Assembly (NCBI RefSeq): GCF_963921235.1
Contig: NC_086097.1
Span: forward strand, 193,752,001 to 193,816,000
DNA: 64,000 nt
Source of the DNA: Mobula hypostoma
Lineage: Eukaryota
Reading direction: 5' to 3'
The translations under genes and the position numbers were made by a program. The notes below the pieces were generated by a model. That model did not search any database, was not told where the DNA came from, and worked only from the letters and a program-made list of their open reading frames with translations. Of this stretch, positions 46,861 to 60,956 are shown piece by piece (position 1 is the first letter of the stretch; each line of letters begins with the position of its first letter).

Positions 46861-49637
46861 TGGTGCACAAATCCTTCACACCTACCTCCACTTATTTTGC
46901 ACTGTGTCTTCTTTTGTGGAATATTATCACAATAGTTCACAACTTCCTGGTTCATTGGCTCCCATGCTGTGCTAAAGGTTGCAGTATCCCTTGTCCAATA
47001 TAACTTAATCCATTCAAAATCGTATTCAAATTGAAAATTATTGACGTTAAATTTGTTCCTTACGTTGCAAGATTGATACTGCAGTGAATTGTACATGGTT
47101 ACCATTCAATGATGAGGATTATACTTATTCCTCTTTTGTAGTACTGTCATGGAATAGGATTTGCATGAACAACAGCAATTTTACATGTTGAAGACACTCA
47201 TTAGTCAAACTTTATGCTGCCCTCATTAATGGATTTATAGGTTTTTCTCTGTTTGCATGCTTGAGCTCCAGATGCTGAATTAGTTTCTGGAAATAGCTTA
47301 CCCACAGGATAAAACTAGCCTATTACAACAAACTGCATGTAACTTTCCAAAGAGAACAACTCATAAAACTCAGTGATAGAGATTCAAAAGTGTTGATGGA
47401 TTCCTGTTATCCGTAAAAGCTCTATGTCACTTCCTAATAGGGATGCTGTAATTTTCAAATGTGCAGTATGGGAGCATCAATAGATTCTAACTGAAATAGA
47501 TAAACACCGGTTTGCCAATAATAATTCTTTGTATGAATACACTCAGTAATCTAACTGATCAGTCAATGATTTCATGCAATTTAGTGAGGCACTGCACATA
47601 CAGAATATAGTGTGTCTTTGTGCTAAATTGGCAATTAATTTACCGTTCAAGGGAGCACTGAAATATTAACTCATCATTTGATGTTAAAGATGTTACTAAC
47701 ACCACACTCAACACAAAAATAAACATTAATTTTCACATGAAAGAGGGGTGCCTCTTAACCTGAGAACCTTACTAAACTCTCTTGCGTGGATTAAGAAACT
47801 CAAACAGTTAAGATTTGCTTAAATGCGCATATACAGTGTTTTAATTTGGTAATGGGACAAAACTTCAATTCACATATTATTGAAAAAACAGTAAGGGCAG
47901 GATGTTGAAAGTAGTTATTGACAAGATTCAGAAAAAATAATTAATGCAACAAGCAGAGATGGAGCTTTGATTTAAAACGTTTGTAAATTAGTGGATCCAT
48001 CGTGATAAGCATGAATGAAAAGTAAATCAAATACAACTTCTACAGGTATTATTTACACAATACCTACAAGGTTATATAGGATTACATAAAATCAGACTTA
48101 CATTGAGGTGTAATTATCATACCAAACAGAATCTATACTGTTTCATCTTAGTGAATTTAAGTTATGAAAATGAGGCAAGATTGCAATAATTATGGAGCCA
48201 AAGACTTGAAAAATCATGATTAGTTCAAGGTCTGGCATATAGCCCAGAAGTTGCATGACTTTTTCTGCAAACCTTTATTGTTGCATAAAAATCCTAAACA
48301 TAAGTAGAGACAGATGATGAATTGCAAATTGCCGGACAATTTGTGGCTAGCTTTGCAAAATCAGAAGCTTGCTGTCAATCTCTCTGTGAGTATCAACAAA
48401 TTGCTTTTAATCACAGTTCAGTCTGACTATGATCATTTAGGGCTCTTGTTTCATGTCATAAGGACCCCTGTTAATATAATTTATATTCCTGACATTCTGC
48501 TGGATTTCAGAAACCCAGAAATGAAAATTAAACTATAAAACCTCATTACTGTAAATCATAACATTTTACGTTTCCTTATTTACCTTTCATAGTCTTCCTT
48601 TCACGGTGTTCTATTCTCTTCATTTATTTCTCACTGTATCTACTTTTAAGTTTCATAATTTAAGGTCAGCGGATTGGAAATGTTTGTTTACCTCACTAAA
48701 CAGTCATCAAGTTGCATGGCTAGCATTTTTCATAGAATCACAGAGCATAGAAATGGGCCCCATCAGCCCACCTCTTCCATGTTGACAATGATTCATATCT
48801 ATGCTAATCTGATTTGCCTGCATTAGGCCTCTATCCCCCACTTTGTGTCACTGACACACTTTGACCCTCATAACGCTCTCCAATAAAGCTATTTTTGATT
48901 GAAAGTGAGGTATAGAGTGCCATTAAATCTGGCTTAGCATTCACATTACGTTTTCCTGTTATAATTTAAAAGAAAAATACTGCAAATGCTAGAAATCAGA
49001 AAAAAAAAACAAAATGATGGAAGCAGCAAGTCAAGGAGCAGACATTTAAGGTCAATGTCCTTTTACAAGTTTCTGATGAAAATACAATGGCCTGAGAGCG
49101 TATTTCCAGCATTTTCTCTCTGTAATACCTATTGCAGTTTCATGTTTTTAGTTGTTTACCGTTGATGTTTGTGGATGATTTTTGAGCATCAATCCACATT
49201 TTCCTAGAAGATCTGTGGATAAAAATATGCGGAGGGATATAGAGAATGCTCAGGTTTTCTTCACTAATGCATATCTGAAATGAAGGAGGATGTGATAACA
49301 AAGTTCATTATGTACACCATCAGTTTCCTTACAGTATTTTTTTAATAAAAGATTAAAATACTGGAAATATCATATAGACAAATGGATACAGAAGGCATTT
49401 GTGGATTTTAGTCAAATGAATTGCCTAGTTATCTTTATCTATTTTTGTAGGTCATTCTTGCATGAGAAACCACCCTTTATATATGAGCAATAAGTATTCC
49501 CAGGTGATATAGTTGTGGGAAACATGAAATAGTCCAATCATTTACTCTCATGTCACACAGCACAGGCCACACCTCTGTCTTCATAATGCAATCCTTGCTT
49601 GTTGCTGAATCAGCTTATTGCTTGTTGCTGAATCAAC

Positions 49638-49815
49638 CGTGCCTGGGATGAGTGTCGAGCTAACGACTTGATCTCGTTAAAAAAAAACACCTGGAGAGGG
49701 ATGGGCTCTGCCAGGTTTCAGATGCCCAAGACCTGCCGTACGATGAGCATACCGAAAAAAGCTTGTCATGACGATGCCCCGACAACTCCACCAGGAGTTA
49801 AGGACGCACACGCAT
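49638..49815 (+). mobile_element. Short CpG-rich retroposon, possibly RTE-derived
   Basis: gagctaacgacttgatctcgttaaaaaa and ctccaccaggagttaagg resemble RTE 5'UTR and 3'-end motifs (from memory). Confidence 0.4.
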
Positions 49816-50554
49816 ATTTAGCAGTAGTTGGAATTCACTTACATTTTATATAGGCCACAAAATGATGACATGCCTTTTTTGAATCGCTTAAATGTTCAGC
49901 AGTTCAACTTATTTAAAGACACATCTAAATAACATTACACTTTGCTGAACATTTGCAGAAAAAGCTGCCAAATTTATACTTAATACAGCCTTCAAGTGAA
50001 ATATTAGATTACTCAGGAGGAAATACGTTCTATGATGAGTAACTGCTAAGGCAGGCAGTGAGTGTATTATACTGCTGAAGAGTCCCCAGATAAAGACCTT
50101 TGGGATCTGAAGTATAGCAACACATTTTGCTCACTAAACTGTTCAAAACTTATTTCAAAACATTCTTCTCACTTCAACAATTCCATTGCATGGTATCAGC
50201 AAAAGTCCATGACAGCAGATAATTTGGCAGGAGCAGTAAATTCTCCAGAGTATTTTAGACTGTGGAAATCATTATCTAACATTCCATACAGTGCAACACA
50301 CTTCGTATCCACAATTTTGCCAAGCCATCTGTTCACAGAGCAGCCAAAGCTCCTCATATTGGATGTCAACCAAATTAACTTAGAGCTATGGGCTTAAGTC
50401 AATTGAATGGAGTCGTTTGGTCACTTAATATTTTTATGTGAGAAAGTAGATTTATTTAATCCCTATCAAAGTGGGAACTCTTATACAGCGCTTGTTCATT
50501 AGAATGTTTTATTATTGGTTTACTGTTGTCACACATAAAAAGATACTATATAAT

Positions 50555-52022
50555 CATATAACCATATAACAATTACAGCATGGAAACAAGCCATCTCGGC
50601 CCTTCTAGTCCATGCCGAATGCTTACTCTCACCTAGTCCCACCGACCTGCACTCAGCCCATAACCCTCCATTCTTTTCCTGTCCATATAGCCATCCAATT
50701 TTACTTTAAATGACAATATCAAACCTGCCTCTACCACTTCTGCTGGAAGCTCGTTCCACACAGCTACCACTCTCTGAGCAAAGAAGATCCTCCTCATGTT
50801 ACCCCTAAATCTTTCCCCCCCAACACTCAACTCATGTCCTTTTGTTTGAATCTCCCCTACTCTCAATGGAAAAAAACTATCCACGTCAACTCTATCTATC
50901 CCCCTCATAATTTTAAATACCTCTATTAAGTCCCTCCTCAACCTTCTACGCTCCAAAGAATGAAGACCCAACTTTCTCTGTAACTTAGGTGTTGAAACCC
51001 AGATAACATTCTAGTAAATCTTCTCTGTATTCTCTCTATTTTGTTAACATCTTTCCTATAATTCGGTGACCAGAACTGTACACAATACCAATGCCTTGTA
51101 CAATTTTAACATTACATTCCAACTCCTATACTCAATGCTCTGATTTATAAAGGCCAGCATACCAAAAGCTTTCCTCACCACCCTATCCACATGAGATTCC
51201 GCCCTCCGGGAACTATGCACCATTATTCCTAGATCCCTCTGTTCTACTGCATTCTTCAATGCCCTACCATTTACCATGTTTGTCCTATTTTGATTAGTCC
51301 TACCAAAATGTAGCACCTCACATTTATCAGCATTAAACTCCATCTGCCATCTTTCAGCCCACTCTTCTAACTGGCCTAAATCTCTCTGCAAGCTTTGAAA
51401 ACCTACTTCATTATCCACAACGCCACCTATCTTAGTATCATCTGTATGCTTACTAATTCAATTTACCACCCCATCATCCAGATCATTAATGTATATGACA
51501 AACAACATTGAACCCAGTACAGATCCCTGAGGCACACCACTAGTCACTGGCCTCCAATCTGACAAACAGTTATCCACCACTACTCTCTGGCGTCTCCCAT
51601 CCAACCACTGCTGAATCTATTTTACTACTTCAATATTAGTACCTAATGATTGAACCTTCCTAGCTAACCTTCCATGTGAAACCTTGTCAAAGGCCTTACT
51701 GACGTCCATATAGACAACGTCCACCGCTTTATCCTCATCAACTTTCCTAGTAACCTCTTCAAAAACTTCAATAAGATTTGTCAAACATGACCTTCCACAC
51801 ACAAATCCATGTTGACTGTTCCTAATCAGACCCTGTCTATCCAGATAATTATATATACCATCTCTAAGAATGCTTTCCATCAATTTACCCACCACTGATG
51901 TCTAACTCACAGGCTGATAATTGCTAGGTTTACTCTTAGAACCCTTTTTAAACAATGGAACAACATGAGCAATACACCAATCCTCCAGCACCATCCCTGT
52001 TTCTAATGACGTTTGAAATATT
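50555..52022 (-). mobile_element. 5'-truncated CR1 LINE inserted into a Rex1/Babar-like remnant (about 50505-52530)
   Basis: ORFs 51617, 51056, 50633 are RT segments; (ataaccat)n tail. Confidence 0.92.
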
Positions 52023-52851
52023 TCATACAATGAAAAACTTTGTTCACCGTCCATGCAGATCATGCCATACACAAGTATATTATGATAGTTATAAGAAAAT
52101 AGAGTGCAGAATATCATGTTTTAGCTACAGAAGAAGTGCAGTGCAAGCAGACAAATTTGCTTCAATAGCCCTGAAGAGGTAGATTAGGAGATCGAGAATT
52201 CATCTACAGCTTATGAGAGGTCCATTCAGGAGTCTGATAATAGTGGGATAGAGGCAGTTCTGGAGTCTGGTTTTACAAGATTTCTGGCTTTTGTGTGTGT
52301 TACATGACAGGAGAGGAGAGAAGATAGAATGTCCAAGGTGGGTGGACTCTTTATGTTGGCTGCTTTCCTGATGCAGCAGGTGTAGACAGGGTTAATGGGA
52401 GGGAGGCTAATTTGCATGATAGATTGGGTTGCATTCACAATGTTTGCAATTTTTTGTGGTCTTGGCAGAGCAGTTGCCATACCAAGTTGTGATGCATCCA
52501 GATAGATTAGGAGAATATCTGACCCATTCATAAGCAAGCACAATACTGCTCATACTGAATATTAAGTGAACCAAAGCATTCTGAGAGATGAACATGCTTG
52601 GAAAGCTGAAGTGTAGTGCAATTAATCAAATGTAAGAAATGTTCAGTCATCGCTTCAAGTCTCCTCCCCATTTAATATGATCTTGACTAATGTTTGTATT
52701 CTCAACTCCACATTTTCACCTACTGTACCTGTGCTAAACTCTCATAGCCTTGTTTATGTATTTCCTTCCAATGGCGATGGAAGAGAGTTGTAAAAGCTCA
52801 CAACCTGTTGAAAGAAAACATATCACACAATGCCCTTCTAGATTCTTGCAC

Positions 52852-53019
52852 AAGATGAAACAACCCCCTGCACATCTACCCTGTCCAGACCCCTTAGGAT
52901 TTTATGTTTCCTTATACTCTTCTAAACACTAACGAAAGATGAAACAACCCCCTGCACATCTACCCTGTCCAGACCCCTTAGGATTTTATGTTTCCTTATA
53001 CTCTTCTAAACACTAACGA
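52852..53019. repeat. Perfect 84-bp tandem duplication
   Basis: 52852-52935 is identical to 52936-53019. Confidence 0.95.
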
Positions 53020-53502
53020 ATATAAACACAGTTAAAACTTTATAAAAGCATAACTGCTCCAGGAACTAGTGTAGTAAACTTCTTCTGAATTACTTCCAAT
53101 TGCATAATTATCCTTTCTTAAATCAGACCAATACAGTGGTACTCTAGATATTGTGTCCCCATGGTCCTATAGAGCTGAAGCATAACCTCCTCACTTTTAT
53201 AATCAATACATCCACTGCTCTATTAACTATCCTAATTAAATTTGTCAAATCATACCTCAGACACACAGATTTCTTGGTATCTCAGAATTTCATGCTCTTT
53301 CATCATTTGAATCATGAGCACTTTTATATTTCATGCCAAAATAGTTCATTTCACAATTTGGTACTTTACATCCCAGATGCCAATTATTTACCCATTCACT
53401 TAACTTATCCATATCCCCATGTGGATCACTTAATTCCTCTTTTTAATGAACTTCCGCACATGTCTTTATCATCAGCAAATTTAGCAATCTGGTGTCTTCA
53501 TT

Positions 53503-55406
53503 TAGAACCATAGGATCATAGAACATTACAGCACAAAAACAGGCCTTTTGGCCCTTCTTGGCTGTGCTGAACCATTCTTCTGCCTAGTCCCACTGACCTA
53601 CACCTGGACCATATCCCTCCATACACCTCCCATCCATGTATCTGTCCAATTTATTCTTAAATGTTAAAAGTGAGCTCGCACTTACAACTTCATCTGGCAG
53701 CTCAGTCCACACTCCCACCACTCTCTGTGCGAAGAAGCTCTCCCTAATGTTCCCTTTAAACTTTTCCCCCTTCACCCTTAAACCGTGTCCTCTGTTTTTT
53801 TTTTCTCCCCTAGCCTCAGTGGAAAAAGCCTGCTTGCATTCACTCTATCTATACCCACCATAATTTTATATACCTCCTTCAAATCTCCCCTCATTCTTCT
53901 ACGCTCCAGGGAATAAAGTCCTGACCTATTCAACCTTTCTCTGTAACTCAGTTTCTCAAGTCCCAGCAACATCCTTGTAAACCTTCTCTGCACTCTTTCA
54001 ACCTTATTTATATCCTTCCTGTAATTTGGTGACCAAAACTGTACACAATACTCTAAATTCGGCCTCACCAATGCCTTATACAACCTCACCATAACATTCC
54101 AACTCTTATACCGTACTCAATGCTTTGATTTATGAATGCCAATGTACCAAAAGCTCTCTTTACGACCCTATCTACCTGTGACACCACCTTTAGGGAATTT
54201 TGTATCTGTATTCCCAGATCCCTCTGTTCTACTGCACTCCTCAGTGCCCTACCATTTACCTTGTATGTTCTACCTTGATTTGTCCTTTCAAGGTGCAATA
54301 CCTCACACTTGTCTGTATTAATCTCCATCTGCCATTTTTCAGCCCATTTTTCCAGCCGGTCCAAATCCCTCTGCAAGCTTTGAAAATTTTTCTCACTGTC
54401 CACTACACCTCCAGTCTTTGTAGCATCAGCAAATTTGCTGATCCAACTTACTGCACTATCATCCAGATCATTGATATAGATGACAAATAACAATAGACCC
54501 AGCACTGATCCCTGTGGCACACCACTAGTCACAGGCCTCCACTCAGAGAAGCAATCCTCCACTACCACTCTCTGGCTTCTTCCACTGAGCCAATGTCTAA
54601 TCCAACTTACTACCTCTCCATGTATACCTGGCGACTGAATCTTCCTAAATAACATCCCATGCAGGACCTTGTCAAAGGCCCTACTGAAGTCCATGTAGAC
54701 AACATCCACTGCCTTCCCTTCATCCACTTTCCTGGTAACCTCCTTGGAAATACTCTAATAGATTGGTCAAACATGACCTACCACGCACATACCCATGTTG
54801 ACTCTCCCTAATAAGATCCAAATACTTGTAGATCCTATCTCTTAGTACTCCTTCCAATAACTTACCTACTACCGGCGTCAAACTTACCGGTTTATAATTT
54901 CCCGGATTACTTTTACAGCCTTTTTTAAACAACAGAACAACATAAGCTATCCTCCAGTCCTCCGGCACCTCACCCGTAGATACCGACATTTTAAAATATA
55001 TCTGCCAGGGCTCCTGCAATTTCAACACTAGTCTCCTTCAAGGTCCGAGGAAATACCCTGTTAGGTCCTGAGGATTTATCTACTCTGATTTGCCTCAAGA
55101 TAGCAAGCACCTCCTCCTCCTCAATCGGTACAGGTTCCATGACCTCACTACTTGTTTGCCTTATTTCCATTGACTCCATGCCAGTTTCCTTAGTAATACA
55201 GACACAAAAAACCCATTTAAGATCTCCCCCATTTGTTTTGGTTCCATACATAGCCGAGCACTCTGATCGTCAAGAGGACCAATCCTTCACCTTGACTGCC
55301 AAAGCAACCTAACGTCTTCTTTTAGCCCTCCTGATTTCTTTCTTAAGTATTTTTTTGCACTTTTGAAACTCCTCAAGCACCTTATTTGCTCCCTGTTTCC
55401 TATACA
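53503..55406 (-). mobile_element. 5'-truncated CR1 LINE
   Basis: ORFs 54991, 54720, 54086, 53778, 53584 are successive RT segments. Confidence 0.93.
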
Positions 55407-55409
55407 TTT

Positions 55410-58400
55410 AGGGAAAGGATGGTACGATAAAAGAACCATGGTGTACAAACCGCATGGTTTGTTGCCTCCCGGGTGCCAGGGTCCGGGATGTCTCTGACCG
55501 GGTGCACGACATCCTGGTACGAGAGAGAAAGCAACCAGAAGTCGTGATACATGTTGGCACCAACGACATAGGCAGGAAGAGGGATGAGGTACTGAAGTGT
55601 GAGTTTTGGGAACTAGGCAGAAGACTGAAGAACAGGACCTCAAGGGTGGCATTCTCAGGATTGCTGCCAGTGCTACATGACAGTGATGGTAAGAATGGAG
55701 GAGATGGCAGTTGAATACGTGGCTGAGGAGTTGGTGCAGGGAGCAGGGTTTTAGATTTTTAGATCATTGGGATCTCTTCTGGGGAAGGTGGGACCTGTAC
55801 AGATTGGAAGGGTTGCACCTGAACTCGAGGGGGAGCAATATCCTTGCAGGTAGGTTTGCTAGCATGGTTCGGGAGGGTTTAAACTAATTTGCGAGGGGGA
55901 TGGGACCCAGAGCGATAGAACAGTGAAAGAAGTGCATGGAGTAAAGCCAGATCTAACATACAGAGAAGCTTTGAGGAAAGAGAAGCAGAATAAACGGTGT
56001 AAAGACAGTAAGGTAGAAGGGCTGAAATGTGTGTACCTCAATGCAAGAAGCATCAGGAACAAAGGTGATGAACTGAGAGCTTGGATACATATATGGAACT
56101 ATGACGTAGTGGCCATTACAGAGACTTGGCTGGCACCAGGGCAGGAATGGATTCTCAATATGCCTGGATTTCAGTGCTTTAAAAGGGATAGAGAGGGTGG
56201 AAAAAGGGGAGGAGGGGTGGTATTACTGGTCAAGGATACTATTACAGCTACAGAAAGGGTGGGTAATGTAGTAGGATCCTCTTTTGAGTCAATATGGGTG
56301 GAAGTCAGGAACAGGAAGGGAGCAGTTACTCTATTGGGGGTATTCTATAGGCCCCCTGGTAGCAGCAGAGATACAAAGGAGCAGATTGGGAGGCAGATTT
56401 TGGAAAGGTGCAAAATTAACGGGTTGTTATCATGGGTGACTTTAACTTCCCTAATATTGATTGGCACCTGATTAGTTCCAAGGGTTTAGATGGGGCAGAG
56501 TTTGTTAAGTTTGTCCAGGATGGATTCCTGTCACAGTATGTGGACAGACCGACCAGGGGAATGCCATACTAGATCTAGTACTAGGTAATGAATCGGGTCA
56601 GGTCACAGATCTCTCAGTGGGTGAGCATCTGGGGGACAGTGACCACCGCTCCCTGGCCTTTAGCATTAACATGGAAAAGAATGGAATCAGAGAGGACAGG
56701 AAACTTTTTAATTGGGGAAAGGCAAATTATGAGGCTATAAGGCTAGAACTTGCGGGTGTGAACTGGGATGATGTTTTTGCAGGGAAATGTACTATGGACA
56801 TGTGGTCGATGTTTAGAGATCTCTTGCGGGATGTTAGGGATAAATTTGTCCCAGTGAGGAAGATAAAGAATAGTAGGGTGAAGGAACCATGGGTGACCAA
56901 TGAGGTGGCAAATCTAGTCAGGTAGAAGAAGGCAGCATACATGAGGTTTAGGAAGCTAGGATCAGATAGGTCTATTGAGGAATATAGGGAAGCAAGAAAG
57001 GAGCTTAAGAAGGGGTTGAGAAGAGCAAGAAGAGGTCATGAGAAGGCCTTGGCGAGTAGGGTAGAGGAAAACCCCAAGGCACTCTTCAATTATGTGAAGA
57101 ACAAAAGGATGACAGGAGTGAAGGTAGGACCGATTAGAGATAAAGGTGGGAAGATGTGCCTGGAGGCTGTGGAAGTGATCGAGGTCCTCAATGAATACCT
57201 CTCTTTGGTATTCACCAATGAGAGGGAACTTGATGATGGTGAGGACAATATGAGTGAGTTTGATGTTCTGGAGCATGTTGACATTAAGGGAGAGGAGGTG
57301 TTGGAGTTGTTAAAATACATTAGGACAGATAAGTCCCCGGGGCCTGACGGAATATTTCCCAGGCTGCTCCACGAGGTGAGAGAAGAGATTGCTGAGCCTC
57401 TGGCTAGGATCTTTATGTCCTCGTTGTCCACGGGAATGGTACCGGAGGATTGGAGGGAGGCGAATGTTGTCCCCTTGTTCAAAAAAGGTAGTAGGGATAG
57501 TCTGGGTAATTATAGACCAGTGAGCCTTACGTCTGTGGTGGGAAGGCTGTTGGAAAAGATTCTTAGAGATAGGATCTATAGGCATTTAGAGAATCATGGT
57601 CTGATCAGGGACAGTCAGCATGGCTTTGTGAAGGGCAGATCGTGTCTAACTAGCCTGATAGAGCTCTTTGAGGAGGTGACCAGGCATATAGATGAGGGTA
57701 GTGCAGTGGACGTGATCTATATGGATTTTAGTAAGGCATTTGACAAGGTTCCACACGGTAGGCTTATTCAGAAAGTTAGAAGGCATGGGATCCAGAGAAG
57801 TTTGGCCAGATGGATTCAGAATTGACTTGCCTGCAGAAGGCAGAAGGTGGTGGTGGAGGGAGTACATTCAGATTGGTGGATTGTGACTAGTGGTGTCCCA
57901 CAATGATTTGTTCTGGGACCTCTACTTTTCGTGATTTTTATTAACGACCTGGATGTCGGGGTAGAAGGGTAGGTTGGCAAGTTTGCAGACGACACAAAGG
58001 TTGGTGGTGTTGTAGATAGTGTAGAGGATTGTCAAAGATTGCAGAGAGACATTGATAGGATGCAGGAGAGGGCTGAGAAGTGGCAGATGGAGTTCAACTC
58101 AGAGAAGTGTGAGGTGGTACACTTTGGAAGGACAAACTCCAAGGCAGGGTACAAAGTAAATGGCAGGATACTTGGTAGCGTGGAGGAGCAGAGGGATCTC
58201 AGGGTACATGTCCACAGATCGTTGAAAGGTGCCTCACAGGTGGATAGGGTAGTTAAGAAAGCTTATGGGGTGTTAGCTTTCATAAGTCGAGGGATAGAGT
58301 TTAAGAGTCACTATGTAATGATGCAGCTCTATAAAACTCTGGTTATGCCACACTTGGAGTACTGTGTCCAGTTCTGGTCAACTCATTATAGGAAGGATAT

Positions 58401-58873
58401 GAAAGCATTGGAAAGGGTACAGAGGAGATTTACCAGGATGCTGCCTGGTTTAGAAAATGTGCATTATGATCAGAGATTAAGGGAGCTAGGGCTTTACTCT
58501 TTGGAGAGAAGGAGGATGAGAGGAGACATGATAGAGGTGTACAAGATAATAAGAGGAATAGATAGAGTGGATAGCCAGCACCTCTTCCCCAGGGCACCAC
58601 TGCTCAATACAAGAGGACATGGCTTTAAGGTAAGGGGTGGGAAGTTCAAGTGGGATATTGGAGGAAGGTTTTTTACTCAGAGAGTGGTTGGTGCGTGGAA
58701 TGCACTGCCTGAGTCAGTGGTGGAGGCAGATACACTAGTGAGGTATAAGAGACTACTAGACAGGTATATGGAGGAATTTAAGGTGGGGGCTTATATGGGA
58801 GGCAGGGTTTGAGGGTTGACACAACATTGTGGGCCGAAGGGCCTGTACTGTGCTGTACTATTCTCTGTTCTAT
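55410..58873 (+). mobile_element. Near full-length CR1 LINE: ORF1 esterase (SGNH-like) C-part, ORF2 AP endonuclease and RT; disrupted
   Basis: CLPGARVRDV...VIHVGTNDIG (ORF1); YLNARSIRNK, AITETWL, GDSDH (endonuclease); KSPGPDGIFPRLL, YMDFSKAFDKVPH, FADDTK (RT); several stops and frameshifts. Confidence 0.95.
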
Positions 58874-58875
58874 AT

Positions 58876-60846
58876 TCAAAGGATGTGGAAAATCTCGTTA
58901 AGAAGAAAAGCTTACAAAAGCTTCAAGAAACTAGGTACTGTTAGAGCTCTAGAAAATTACAAGGTTGCCAGGAAGGAACTTCAGAAAGAAATTAGGAGAG
59001 CGAGAAGGGGCCATGAGAAGGCCTTGGCTAGCAGGATTAAAGAAAACCCCAGGGCAAATGTGAAGAGCAAGAGGATGAACCATGTGAGAATAGGACCAAT
59101 AAGGTGCAATAGTGTAAACACATGCATGGAGTCAGAGGAGGTAGCGGAGGTACTTGATGAATACTTCGCTTCAGTATTCATCGGGGGAAAGAACCTTGGC
59201 AATTGTGGGGATGACTTACAGCAGACTGAAACGCTTGAGCATATAGACATTGGGAAAGAGGATGTGTTGGAACTTTTGAAAAGCATTAAGTTAGATAATT
59301 CACTGGGACTGGACAAGATTTACCCCAGGCTACTGTGGGAAGTAAGGGAGGAGATTGCTGAGCCTCCAGCAATGATCTTTGCATCATCAGTAGGGATGGG
59401 AGAGGTTCCAGAGGATTGGAGGATTGTAAATGTTATTCCCTTGTTCAAGAAAGGGAGTAGAGACAACCCAGGAAATTATAGACCTGTGAATCTTACTTCA
59501 GTGGTGGGCGAGTTGTTAGAGAAGATCCTGAGAGGCAAGATTTATGAGCATTTGGAAAGACATACTCTGATTAGGGATAGTCAGTATGGCTTTGTCAAGA
59601 GCAGGTCATGCCTTACGAGCCTGACTGAATTCTTTGAGGATATAACAAAACACACCGATGAAGGTAGATCAGTAATGTGGTGTATATAGATTTCAATAAG
59701 GCATTTGATAAGGTTCCCTATGCAAGGCTCATTCAGAAAGTAAGGAGGCATGGGATCCAAGGAGACCTTCCATTGTGGATCCAGAATTGGCTTGCCCACA
59801 GAAGGCAAAGGGTGGTTGTAGATGGTTCATATTCTGCTTGGAGGTCAGTGACCAGCGATGTTCAGCAGGGACCTGTTCTGGGACCCCTCCTCTTTGTGAT
59901 TTATATAAATGACCTGGATAAAGAAGTAGAAGAGTGGGTTAGTAAGTTTGCTGATGACATAAAGGTTGGAGGTGTTGTGGATAGTCTAGAAGGTTGTCAG
60001 AGGTTACAGCGTGACATCGACTGGATGCAAAACTGGGCTGAGAAGTGGCAGATGGAGTTCAACTGCCACTGACAACCCTTCAGATAAGTGTGAAGTGGTT
60101 CATTTAGGTAAATCAAATTTGAAGATAGAATATAATATTAATGGTAAGACTCTTGGCAATGTGGAGAATCAGTGAGGTCTTCGGGTCAATGATCATAGGA
60201 CACTCAAAGCTGCTGCACAGGTTGACAGTGATGTTAAGAAAGCGTATGGTGTGTTGGCATTCATCAACCGTGGGATTGAGTTCAAGAGCCATGAGGTAAT
60301 GTTGCAGCTATATAAGACATTGGTCAGACCCCACATGGAGTACTGTGTTCAGTTCTGGTCACCTCATTACAGAAAGCATGTGAATGCTATGGAGAGAGTG
60401 CAGAGGAAATTTACAAGGATGTTGCCTGGATTGGAGAGCATGCCTTATGAGAATAGGTTGAGTGAACTTTGCCTTTTCTCCTTGGAGCGACGGAGAATGA
60501 AAAGGTGATCTGATGATGAGAGGCATTGATTGTGTGGATAGTTGGAGGTTTTTTCCCAGGGCTGAAATGGCTAACAAAAGGGGCCATAGTTTTAAGGTGC
60601 CTGGAAGTAGGTACAGAAGAGATGTTAGGGGTAAGTTTTTCATACAGAGAGTGGTGAGTGTGTGGAATACACTGCCGGTGGCAGTGGAGGAGGCAGATAC
60701 AACAGAGTCTTTTAAAAGACTCTTAGATAGGTACATGGAGCTTAGAAAAATGGAAGGTTATGCAGTTGGGTAATTCTAGGCAATTTCTAGAGTAGGTTGC
60801 ATAGTCGGCACAACATTGTGGGCCAAAATGCCTGTAATGTGCTGTA
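58876..60846 (+). mobile_element. 5'-truncated CR1 LINE, head-to-tail with the previous copy
   Basis: ORFs 58829, 59677, 60251, 60513 are RT segments. Confidence 0.93.
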
Positions 60847-60956
60847 TAAGACCATAAGACATAGGAGCAGAATTAGGCCATCTGGCCCATCGAATCTGCT
60901 CCACCATTCAATCATGGATGATCTTTTTTTCCATCTCCTCAGGGTCTTCTCCCTGT

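Noticed and set aside
48977..49120. Additional hammerhead at ctgatga (49073)
   Set aside because: Lies in a heavily decayed Penelope-like terminus with no GAAA box or stems, so it is not counted as a ribozyme.
55410..60846. Active autonomous LINE, retron or other novel reverse-transcriptase system
   Set aside because: All RT segments are ordinary CR1-type and broken by stops and frameshifts; there are no LTR, gag, integrase or accessory genes.
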